DNA of 64,000 nucleotides from positions 584 through 64,583 of the forward strand of contig JBOHWH010000030.1 in assembly GCA_050736695.1 (NCBI GenBank), written 5' to 3'. Positions 38,349 to 46,376 of the stretch are shown piece after piece. The position numbers were made by a program, and so were the translations under genes. The notes beneath the pieces are model-generated. The model saw nothing but the letters and a program-made list of their open reading frames with translations, searched no databases and was not told the origin of the DNA. This stretch comes from Candidatus Binataceae bacterium. Lineage in GTDB: Bacteria > Desulfobacterota > Binatia > Binatales > Binataceae. Every line of letters starts with the position of its first letter. Position 1 is the stretch's first letter.

Positions 38349-38855
38349 TTGATCGAATCCGCATACTTGGGAGTTCTCCTCGCGGCTGCGCCTCTTTTGA
38401 TGTTAGCTCTGTGGCTTGATCTTCCGAACAAATGGATGGGTCTCAGTCAGCAGAAGTATGGTTCCGTCTTAAAGTATGGCTTGGCATGGCTAGGCGGGAC
38501 TCTCGGAGGGACCCTATTCGATCTCAAGTGGCTCTATCACTCCATAGCTAAACAGTGGTGGCATCTCGATCGACGGTTGTGGCGTTTCTTTACGCCACAC
38601 ATCTCGGGAGGACTGGCATTCGCGATGATAGCTCTGATTTCCTCGGGCTTGTTTCGGGTCTTCGACGCGACCGCAACCAAATCCTGTTCGGTCGTTGTAG
38701 CCGTGTCTTTTTTGGTAGGTTATTTCTCGGATAGCGCCATCGCTAAGTTTACCGAGATAGCCGACATTCTATTTGGTACGGTGAGCGGTAAGGGAAAAGG
38801 CCGCGAACAACCCAAACCGCTTAGCTCCGACGGCGCGGACATTTCGGAGCAATGA
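38349..38855 (+). CDS. 4-TM membrane protein (hypothetical)
   Basis: 168 aa with four hydrophobic helices and a charged tail (GKGKGREQPKPLSSDGADISEQ). It has a TTG start, so the true start is uncertain. Confidence 0.5.
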   Translation: MIESAYLGVLLAAAPLLMLALWLDLPNKWMGLSQQKYGSVLKYGLAWLGGTLGGTLFDLKWLYHSIAKQWWHLDRRLWRFFTPHISGGLAFAMIALISSGLFRVFDATATKSCSVVVAVSFLVGYFSDSAIAKFTEIADILFGTVSGKGKGREQPKPLSSDGADISEQ

Positions 38856-38965
38856 TGTGTCCCACTGTCACCACATCAGCGAGCTATCTTAAGTACCGAC
38901 TTAGGGGCCTTTAGTTGCGAAGGTAACGAGTTGACGCAATCGCTGATCAGAAGTGGATACGGTCC

Positions 38966-39796
38966 GTGAGAGGCGCTTCTCCTCTTCGCTACCCTGGAGG
39001 TAAGTGGAGAATTGCACCATTCCTCCGACGTGTTATCGAAATCAACCATCTCGACGATCCGATCTATATAGAACCCTATGCGGGAGGCGCCAGTCTGGCT
39101 CTTAGCCTGCTCTTCGACGGTCTCGTAGCCGAGATTCATCTCAACGATCTAGATTTCGCAGTTTACGCTTTCTGGCGGAGTGTGCTCACGAACACGCGCG
39201 AACTCTTGAAACTAATTAGCGAAGTATCTGTCACACCGGACGAGTGGTACAAACAAAAGGCCATCTACGCAGAAGGTACACGGTCGGGTACGCTAGCACT
39301 TGGATTCGCGAAGTTCTTCCTAAACCGCACAAGCCACTCCGGGATTCTCAATGGTGGGATGATCGGGGGTAAAGAGCAAATGGGAAAATGGAAGTTAGAC
39401 GCGCGGTTTAACCGGGCCGAATTGGCCCGACGTATATCGCGCATCTCCTCCGCTAAGAACCATATATTCATAACCAGCCGAGATGCTCTCGATGTTCTCA
39501 AAGATTGCCGCTCGTCGCGGAAGAGATTAGTCTATCTTGACCCCCCATACTACCGGCCGGGACGGCACTTGTATCTCAACGACTATAAGCCTAATGATCA
39601 CTTTGCAGTTAGAAAATGTGTCGAGAAGCTCGTCTGTCCTTGGATTGTATCTTATGACGACGTGAACGAAATCAGGAAACTATATAAAGGCGTACACTGT
39701 AAACATCTTGCACTCTTGCACACGGCTAGTCGCGCTCATCTAGGTGCCGAAATCCTCTACTTTTCACCTGAGCTTCGTATTCCGAAGTCGATCTGA
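38966..39796 (+). CDS. D12-class N6-adenine DNA methyltransferase (Dam-like)
   Basis: LRYPGGKW, YIEPYAGGASLAL (SAM motif I) and YLDPPY (motif IV). Confidence 0.85.
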   Translation: MRGASPLRYPGGKWRIAPFLRRVIEINHLDDPIYIEPYAGGASLALSLLFDGLVAEIHLNDLDFAVYAFWRSVLTNTRELLKLISEVSVTPDEWYKQKAIYAEGTRSGTLALGFAKFFLNRTSHSGILNGGMIGGKEQMGKWKLDARFNRAELARRISRISSAKNHIFITSRDALDVLKDCRSSRKRLVYLDPPYYRPGRHLYLNDYKPNDHFAVRKCVEKLVCPWIVSYDDVNEIRKLYKGVHCKHLALLHTASRAHLGAEILYFSPELRIPKSI

Positions 39797-39860
39797 CAGA
39801 GGCTCCCTCAACGGGTCATTCGCGGTCCTTAATAAGACTACTCTCTAACTAAAATAAACT

Positions 39861-42536
39861 GTGATTTCTAAAGAGCACAACAATGCTAAGCGGCATCCGC
39901 AGCGGCGTGGTCATCGCGCGCTAGCCCCGATTTGCTCTGTCCTTCGGCTATCGAGAGAAGGTCCCGCTCAGCTTGAACCTTCGGAGATTTCAGTAGAGCA
40001 GATAGGCTGGAAAGCATATGGCCTTTGTTGCCTACCGCAACGTTGGGTGCCGCGTTTCTTCGTAATCGCGGCTTCTTCAGTCCAAACGCAAGCAAGGGAT
40101 TCAGCCTTTGAGGCATGGTTAGGCGACTGTTTACGGAAATCGGGTCTATCGGCCGACAAGGAATTATATGTACGGTCCAGCGGAACTGAAGAGACGTTAG
40201 ATCAACGAGGCCGTTTGGATTCCACCCGGTGCGCGATCGAAGATGTGTCGGATGCAATCCGACACATGCTATCTAATCTGAAGCGAAGTGATGCAGAGCA
40301 GCTGCATTGGGTAATTCAAGGGGCTGTCACTCCAGTCCGAAAGGGACACCTTTCGAATGTCAGACGATTGAGTAACGAGGGACGTGACTGGGTCGTGGAG
40401 ATCGAACCCGAATCTGTTCAGCTTGGATATACCACACAAATCGCCGTCAGAAATTGGCGAGACGCTGGAAATAGGTCTAATGCGTTTTTGACGTGCAGCT
40501 CTGAGACAGAGATCAACATCTCTTTGAAGCGCGTCGCGATGTGGGCGACGCCCTTAGTTTCACGAATTCACTTCGAATGGGTATGGGATGGTCAAACCGT
40601 TAGGATCGTTCAGGCCGACGCCGAAGAACACCGTCGTGGAACCGCTCCCAAGTCACTTCTGCAAGTCAGAATACCCAAGATCCAGGTTGAAGTGCTGCAG
40701 GTATTCAGAATAGCGAACTCAAATGACTACGGTCGCTACAAGAAGCTACGCAACGCAAAGATCTACCGGAGTTTCGGCTACCAGATGCCTACGTTTTATG
40801 TACTCGACGATGCGGAGGTTCTGAAATCTATCCGAGGGGGAGTGTTGCCTTCTCTATGTCTCGCAGATTTGGAAGAGCTTACCAAACGTCCACTAGTAAT
40901 CCGCACTGATGGCGACGCGATTCCTGAAAACAAGCGGGAGATGTTGCCACGAAGTGAAGATCTGAGGTCTTCCGCGCAAGCAGGGAAGTGGCTCTTGGAA
41001 GACTTTAGCAGGAAACTTCAGCAGAACGACTTAGGGGCTTCGGGTATATGCTTGATCGCGCATCACTTCATCCCGTCGGTCGCTTCCGCATGGGCACGTG
41101 CAGAGCCCAGCAATCCCATCGTTAGAATAGAGGCGCTATGGGGTGTCCCTGAAGGTTTGTATTGGTTTTCGCACGACACATTCGAAATTGACACGAAGGA
41201 AGCTCGGATCGGCGGTCACAGACCGGCTCAATGGAAGCGATATACCTCTTGGGAGCGTTTACGATACAAAGGACTGTTCATAGCCTCCGATCAGACTGGC
41301 AAGTGGATTACACATTCTACAAAGCCTCCGTATGACTGGGCTAAGAGCATAACGCGGGAGCAATGGCTCTTCGAGATCGCTGAAACAACGAGGCGAATTG
41401 CGGAGGCCGAACGTTATCCGGTGAGTGTCATGTGGTTCGTGGACAATCATCGCGAGATGAGCGCACATCCTATCTTGCCTTGGTATCACATGAGATCAGA
41501 GTTGTCTGGAGTCCTTAAACCGGCGGCGCCTCGACACAAATATCGATCTATTGGCGACCAGAAAATCAGGACTAGCAAAGATTGGGCGGATTTTAAGGAC
41601 GCGCTCGCGAGTGGTAAAAGGACGGAGCGAGTCATCGTTGAACCGGTTGATCCTGAATTAATCAGAAATCCCGGTTTTGCTGAAGAGCTTGGGAAGCTCG
41701 CTTCCGAAAAGAGATTTGTAATCGAACTCGCTGGCGGAATCTTGTCGCATGCTTACTACATACTACGACGTCTGAATGCCGACGTGGAATGTGTTGATTT
41801 GTTTGGAATGGACGAGGACGTGGTCGAATACAATAAAATTGTGCGAGACAAGGTTCCAAAGCGAATCGAAAGCCGCGGTGAAAGGGTAGAGAGTATTCAG
41901 CTGAAAGGCGAAGCGTTGATGCTCGCCCTTAGGCGAAAACTAGTTGAAGAAGCGTACGAAGCATTGGACGCGAGATCTGGAGAAGATCTCGTCTCTGAAC
42001 TGGCGGACCTGCAAGAAGTCGTGCTGGCATTGCTCAAAGCCATGCATTCTTCGGTGTCAGTGCTTGACATTGAGCGCAAGGGAAAGCGCCGCCGCCGGGG
42101 CGGGTTTTCCCAGAGATTGATGCTTGTAAAAACCGCGACTTTGCACTCTCTTCGGAAAGAACAACTCTCCGGTAAGTCTCGCATGCTAGACTTAAAGACT
42201 CGTGGTCAACCTGCCGCAGTAATTTCGAACCCAAAAGAGCTTCCCAGGGATCAGCTATATCGTCGCCCCGATCTGCGGTACCTCGCAGACAACGAAGTGG
42301 AAAAGTTGATCACGTTCGAAGTGACGGCGAGCCAGCTCGAAGAGAGTGGCCGCCAAACCTATCGGTTCCAAATGCCACTTGGCGAAGTCACAGCAAAGGA
42401 ATTTGAGCTCAGTGTGCAGCTCATCAGAGAAAGGTCCAGGATTCGCGGAGTCATCTCATTGCGTTCCGATCTTACGCGTTCTGAATCTAGCGATGTGGAA
42501 GCCCGGCAATTGAAACTGAAGTTGCCTGAATCCTAG
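39861..42536 (+). CDS. Multidomain protein: two PPDK_N-like ATP-grasp modules, PEP-utilizer phosphohistidine swivel domain, MazG/HisE-like NTP pyrophosphohydrolase and an unknown C-terminal domain
   Basis: Module 1 (aa 45-255): GWKAYGLCCLPQRWVPRFFVI, YVRSSGTEE, IHFEWVWDGQTVRIVQAD. Module 2 (aa 285-530): LVIRTDGD, VRIEALWGVPEGL, PVSVMWFVD. Swivel domain: VIVEPVDPEL..FVIELAGGILSHAYYILRRL (His630, nt 41748-41750). NTP-PPase: NKIVRDKVPKRIE..LVEEAYEAL..ELADLQEV..RRGGF. Confidence 0.65.
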   Translation: MISKEHNNAKRHPQRRGHRALAPICSVLRLSREGPAQLEPSEISVEQIGWKAYGLCCLPQRWVPRFFVIAASSVQTQARDSAFEAWLGDCLRKSGLSADKELYVRSSGTEETLDQRGRLDSTRCAIEDVSDAIRHMLSNLKRSDAEQLHWVIQGAVTPVRKGHLSNVRRLSNEGRDWVVEIEPESVQLGYTTQIAVRNWRDAGNRSNAFLTCSSETEINISLKRVAMWATPLVSRIHFEWVWDGQTVRIVQADAEEHRRGTAPKSLLQVRIPKIQVEVLQVFRIANSNDYGRYKKLRNAKIYRSFGYQMPTFYVLDDAEVLKSIRGGVLPSLCLADLEELTKRPLVIRTDGDAIPENKREMLPRSEDLRSSAQAGKWLLEDFSRKLQQNDLGASGICLIAHHFIPSVASAWARAEPSNPIVRIEALWGVPEGLYWFSHDTFEIDTKEARIGGHRPAQWKRYTSWERLRYKGLFIASDQTGKWITHSTKPPYDWAKSITREQWLFEIAETTRRIAEAERYPVSVMWFVDNHREMSAHPILPWYHMRSELSGVLKPAAPRHKYRSIGDQKIRTSKDWADFKDALASGKRTERVIVEPVDPELIRNPGFAEELGKLASEKRFVIELAGGILSHAYYILRRLNADVECVDLFGMDEDVVEYNKIVRDKVPKRIESRGERVESIQLKGEALMLALRRKLVEEAYEALDARSGEDLVSELADLQEVVLALLKAMHSSVSVLDIERKGKRRRRGGFSQRLMLVKTATLHSLRKEQLSGKSRMLDLKTRGQPAAVISNPKELPRDQLYRRPDLRYLADNEVEKLITFEVTASQLEESGRQTYRFQMPLGEVTAKEFELSVQLIRERSRIRGVISLRSDLTRSESSDVEARQLKLKLPES

Positions 42537-42615
42537 TAAAGGCGCTCTCGCAACTTGAGCTGCTTTCGGTGAATATAAGAAGTCTGGCTACTGCCCCTTC
42601 GGGTGGCTGAGCGCA

Positions 42616-42819
42616 TTGCGCATCCTGCGGGAAGGAACCCTCAACACTTATGCCCGCGTTGGATGTTTTTTGATCGCATTCGCGATGCTCGTTGTTCTTG
42701 CCGGCCGCGAGTACACTTCTTTTTTCAAGAACGCGCTGCCCACCTATCTGGTTCCGCTCTGCGCCTTCTTCGCGGGTTTGATTCTCGCCCGTCAACGGCG
42801 CCCGGCAATCGCAGGTTGA
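42616..42819 (+). CDS. Possible small 2-TM protein
   Basis: 67 aa with two hydrophobic stretches (VGCFLIAFAMLVVLA, LVPLCAFFAGLILA). There is no homology support, so it could be non-coding. Confidence 0.25.
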   Translation: MRILREGTLNTYARVGCFLIAFAMLVVLAGREYTSFFKNALPTYLVPLCAFFAGLILARQRRPAIAG

Positions 42820-42880
42820 AGGCTCCATTTGCTCGGTATGCGTTGGACGCGCGTTCGCGCCACGCAACGAACCGCACTGG

Positions 42881-43138
42881 CTAAGGCTTCGAGGTCGTCT
42901 GGGCGGTCGCCAGTAGAATGATCTCCTCGTGCGCGACGGTGCCGGCGGCGTAGGCCATCGCGGCATGGATATCTTCCCATTTCAGGCGGCGATATGCGTC
43001 AAGCTTTCGGTTTCTGTGGCTCGCTTAGCTTGCGCAGGAGTCAGCTCGACCGTGATTCGTGTGCCCTTGATCACGGGCTTGACGATCATCACCTCGGCGT
43101 TGATTTCGATCCTGTCAGTCGTCGCAAGAGGCCCTCAT
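42881..43138 (-). pseudogene. Degraded DUF433 (antitoxin-like) gene
   Basis: The reverse strand reads DRIEINAEVMIVKPVIKGTRITVEL, then LLRKLSE, then KLDAYRRLKWEDIHAAMAYAAGTVAHEEII in three different frames. That implies two frameshifts and an early stop after the putative ATG. Confidence 0.6.
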
Positions 43139-43273
43139 TCGCAGCTATTCCTACCCCCTCGCGAGGGCATTTAATCCGTCCGGGTAGGGAATCCGTATTA
43201 CATAGTGAGGCCGAATAGCTTGCGACGTCTGGACAGATCGTGCGTCGCAAACGCGTTCGTGGCACTGTTAATT

Positions 43274-43939
43274 ATGGAAAGACCGTCTCGTTTCCTCTCG
43301 TATGGCCGCGCGCGCTTGATGCTGGTCCTCATGGCAGTGCTCGTGCTGAGCGTGATGCCTGTGCGATTCGCGCGCGGCGCGGATTCCGCCACTGCTGCGA
43401 CGGAGCTCCAGACGGCGACGTTTGCCGGCGGGTGCTTCTGGTGTATGCAGCCCGCGTACGACAAGGTTCCCGGCGTCGTCAAGACGGTGGTCGGATATAC
43501 GGGAGGCCAGAAAGCGCATCCGACGTATGAGGAAGTGAGCTCCGGCACGACAGGCCACGCGGAGTCGATCCAGGTCACCTTCGATCCGAAAAGAGTCACC
43601 TATAAGCATCTGCTCGACATTTTTTGGCACAACGTTGATCCGACTACGTCCGACCGCGAATTCTGCGACGTCGGCAATCAGTACCGCAGTGAGATTTTCT
43701 ATCACGACGCCGAGCAGGAGCATTTGGCAAAAGAGTCAGAGGCCGAGATCGAGAAGACCAAGACCTTCAAGGAACCGATAGTCACGCAGATCGTTCCCGC
43801 GACGACGTTTTGGCCCGCCGAGGATTATCATCAGGATTTTTATCTGAAAAACGCGCTACGCTACCGTTTCTATCGCTACAATTGCGGCCGCGATTCGCGG
43901 CTGCGCCAGTTGTGGGGCGCGGCGAGCGGCGGTCATTAA
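43274..43939 (+). CDS. msrA: Peptide methionine-S-sulfoxide reductase, exported form
   Basis: GGCFWCMQ active site and GHAESIQVTFDP. A signal-like N-terminus follows the ATG at 43274. Confidence 0.9.
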   Translation: MERPSRFLSYGRARLMLVLMAVLVLSVMPVRFARGADSATAATELQTATFAGGCFWCMQPAYDKVPGVVKTVVGYTGGQKAHPTYEEVSSGTTGHAESIQVTFDPKRVTYKHLLDIFWHNVDPTTSDREFCDVGNQYRSEIFYHDAEQEHLAKESEAEIEKTKTFKEPIVTQIVPATTFWPAEDYHQDFYLKNALRYRFYRYNCGRDSRLRQLWGAASGGH

Positions 43940-44038
43940 TCTGATCGCGCCCGTCTGATCGCGCTTCTTTCGCGCGCTACCCGTTGGCGTTCGGGCCGGT
44001 GTAGATTCTGCGGCATCAGGGAAGCTCGGAGGTTCGCG

Positions 44039-44848
44039 ATGCCGGAATTCGTAAAGCTGGAAACCCCGTCCGAGGGAGTCGCCCTCGTCACGATGACTAA
44101 TCCCGCGATCAACAATCACGGGTCGTGGGTAGCGATCGCGGAACTGGCCGCGTCGATCAAGCAAGCGCGTGAGGCGGGCGCGCGTATCGCCGTGCTGGCA
44201 TCCGGAGTGCCGGGACATTGGTTCGAGCACGCATGGCTGCAGGATCTGGCCGACGGAATCGAGGGCAAGCCGACAACCGCCGAAGGCGCCGCATGGTTTC
44301 ACGCGCTGACGGAGATCGGCAAAACCAATGTGGTCACGATCGCCGCGGTCTCGGGCGATTGTTCGGGCGGCGGCGCGGAGCTCGGATGGGCCTGCGATCT
44401 GCGGATTGCCGAAGAACAGGCGCGCTTCGGCCAGCCCGAAGTGCAGATCGCGCTGACTACTGGAATCGGTGGGACCAGCCGGCTTGCACGCTTGATTGGC
44501 CGAACCGTGGCGGCGGAGATGGTGATGCTCGGGCGGCCGATGACCGCGCGGCGAATCTACGAACTTGGCAGTGTCAATGAAGTCGTACCGGCGGGCAAGT
44601 CGGTCCAGACCGCTCTCGAATGGGCGCGTACTCTCGCCGAGCGGCCAGCCACGGCGCTCGCGACCCTTAAGCAGATTCTGATCGCCAACGACGACTCGAA
44701 TCTCACCGACGCGCTCGCGAGCGAGCAGCGTCTGTTTCAATCGGTCGCGACGACGCCCGAGTCGTGCGCGACGATGCGCCAGATTCAGGCCCGCTTCGAC
44801 CGCGGCGAGAAAATTCGCGACGTGTACGGAGCGCCGCGCAAGCCCTAG
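44039..44848 (+). CDS. Enoyl-CoA hydratase/isomerase family protein
   Basis: 269 aa crotonase fold (AAVSGDCSGGGAELGWACD). Confidence 0.85.
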   Translation: MPEFVKLETPSEGVALVTMTNPAINNHGSWVAIAELAASIKQAREAGARIAVLASGVPGHWFEHAWLQDLADGIEGKPTTAEGAAWFHALTEIGKTNVVTIAAVSGDCSGGGAELGWACDLRIAEEQARFGQPEVQIALTTGIGGTSRLARLIGRTVAAEMVMLGRPMTARRIYELGSVNEVVPAGKSVQTALEWARTLAERPATALATLKQILIANDDSNLTDALASEQRLFQSVATTPESCATMRQIQARFDRGEKIRDVYGAPRKP

Positions 44849-45080
44849 CCCCACCGCAACCAAGCCGCCGCGAACAGCCTCTTACCCTGGAAAGTCACGC
44901 TCGCGTAAACGGCTGTCTCATCGTGCCGAGGACGATTCCTTATCTCCGGCGACGGCGAACCGCGTTTAACATGAGAACCAGGTCGGCAAAAGTAGCGATG
45001 ATTCTGGACGCTTTTGTTACATCGGAGCAAGTTCTGTCGCGTCTAATGCAACACTAACTGCCGATCGCGAGACGGTCGCC

Positions 45081-45112
45081 AAAGAAAAAGGGCGACCCCG
45101 GTGGGCCGCCCG
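45081..45112 (-). terminator. Candidate intrinsic terminator of the oxidoreductase gene
   Basis: On the minus strand: GGGCGGCCC-accg-GGGTCGCCC followed by TTTTTCTTT. Confidence 0.5.
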
Positions 45113-45145
45113 ATTCGAAAAATCGCGCGATGCTTCCGATGTGCG

Positions 45146-46171
45146 CTACTGCGGATCGGCGAGCTTCAGCAACTGCTTGCCGAAGTTTGCGCCGGTGAAA
45201 AGCCGGATGATCGTCTTGGGCGCATTCTCCAGCCCGTGCTGCAAGTCGATCTGATTTTTGATCTTACCCTCGGCGAACCACTGCGAGAGTTCGGCGATCG
45301 CCTGCGGGTATTTCTGCGCGAAGTGAAAGACCAGGAAGCCTTCCATCCGGGCGCCGCGGAAAATCAGGTTGAAATAATTCTTCGGCGGATGGCCGCCGAC
45401 ACCCTCGGCCTCGTTGTATTGCGAGATCGCGCCGCACAGCACGACTCGCGCGCCGTTGGAGATGCGCGCCAGCGCGAGATCCAGAGTCTCGCCGCCGACA
45501 TTGTCGAAATAGATGTCGATCCCCTTGGGGCAATGTTTGGATAGCGCGTCGCCGACCTTTTCGTTCTTGTAATCGATCGCGGCGTCAAAACCGGCCTCTT
45601 TGGTAAGCCAGTCACACTTCGCGCGCCCGCCCGCGATCCCGACCACGCGGCAACCCTTGATCTTCGCGATCATCCCCGCGACCGAGCCCGTCGCACCCGC
45701 CGCGCCCGAGACGACGAACGTGTCGCCCGCCTTGGGCATCCCAACCGACAACGTGCCGAAGTACGCGGTCAAGCCGGTGGTGCCGAGGAGCGAGAGGGCC
45801 AGGATCGGATCGGTCCCGGCCGGGAGCTTTTGCATCCCGAAAATCCCCTCACCCTCGCTGACGGTGTAGTCCTCCCATCCGAGCAGCCCCTGAATAAGGT
45901 CGTCCTTGGCGAAGCCGGGCCGTTTGGATGCGATGATCTGTCCGACTGCGCCAGCGCGCATCGGTTGTCCGAGCGGGATTGCGGGCATATACGTGTCCAT
46001 CGACATCCAGCCGCGCTGCGTGGGGTCGAATGAGAAGGCAAGGTTGCGCACCAGGACTTGGCCGTCCTTGAGGTCGGGCACTGCGGTTTCATTCCATTTG
46101 AAATCGCTCTCCTTGATCATTCCTTGGGGCCGCGCTGCGATAATCCATCTGCGATTCTTGAGTTCCGGCAT
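45146..46171 (-). CDS. NADP-dependent medium-chain oxidoreductase (YncB/PTGR-like)
   Basis: VSGAAGATGSVAGMIAK Rossmann motif. The start is set at MPELKNRRW (ATG 46171), because the track ORF extension lacks homology. Confidence 0.85.
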   Translation of the reverse strand: MPELKNRRWIIAARPQGMIKESDFKWNETAVPDLKDGQVLVRNLAFSFDPTQRGWMSMDTYMPAIPLGQPMRAGAVGQIIASKRPGFAKDDLIQGLLGWEDYTVSEGEGIFGMQKLPAGTDPILALSLLGTTGLTAYFGTLSVGMPKAGDTFVVSGAAGATGSVAGMIAKIKGCRVVGIAGGRAKCDWLTKEAGFDAAIDYKNEKVGDALSKHCPKGIDIYFDNVGGETLDLALARISNGARVVLCGAISQYNEAEGVGGHPPKNYFNLIFRGARMEGFLVFHFAQKYPQAIAELSQWFAEGKIKNQIDLQHGLENAPKTIIRLFTGANFGKQLLKLADPQ

Positions 46172-46376
46172 GTCGAATTCCTTAAAATTCCGCTTGATCG
46201 ATATTGGGATTGCTTCAGTCCGGCATTTATCCGATAGACGGTACTCATACAAGCATTCGGAGCCCGCGCGATATGGGTGCTCTGGGTAAACTGGGCGCGG
46301 GATCCATGATAGGGTTGCGCGGATAACGGCTGCGCGCGGCCCAATCTCATGACCGCGCGAGCCGCGAGGAAGCACG

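Larger units (their letters stand above)
37288..43138 (+). other. Low-GC accessory segment downstream of tRNA-Gln/tRNA-Glu (putative genomic islet)
   Basis: Spot count: line 40681-40740 has 28/60 G+C, against 46/60 in line 26041-26100 (smc). It holds four co-directional non-housekeeping genes and ends in a degraded DUF433 gene. No integrase or att repeat was found. Confidence 0.55.

Noticed and set aside
42260-42536. PD-(D/E)xK nuclease motif in the C-terminal domain of the 891-aa protein (RPDLRYLADNEVEKL).
   Set aside because: The spacing does not give a (D/E)-x-K triad, and no supporting secondary-structure pattern can be argued from sequence alone.
42487-42966. 159-aa minus-strand ORF, tested as a possible DUF5615/PIN-like toxin partner of the DUF433 relic.
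   Set aside because: None of the three minus-strand frames downstream of the DUF433 stop shows the MKFLxDENxP...GHDV pattern. The ORF is a composite of the out-of-frame DUF433 tail and unrelated sequence.
37288-43200. Search for an integrase gene and for a direct repeat of the tRNA-Glu 3' end (att site) delimiting the islet.
   Set aside because: No tyrosine or serine recombinase motif appears in any frame. No copy of TTCGACTCCCGCTGGGATCACCA or a substantial part of it was found downstream by eye. The segment is therefore called an accessory islet, not a defined integrative element.
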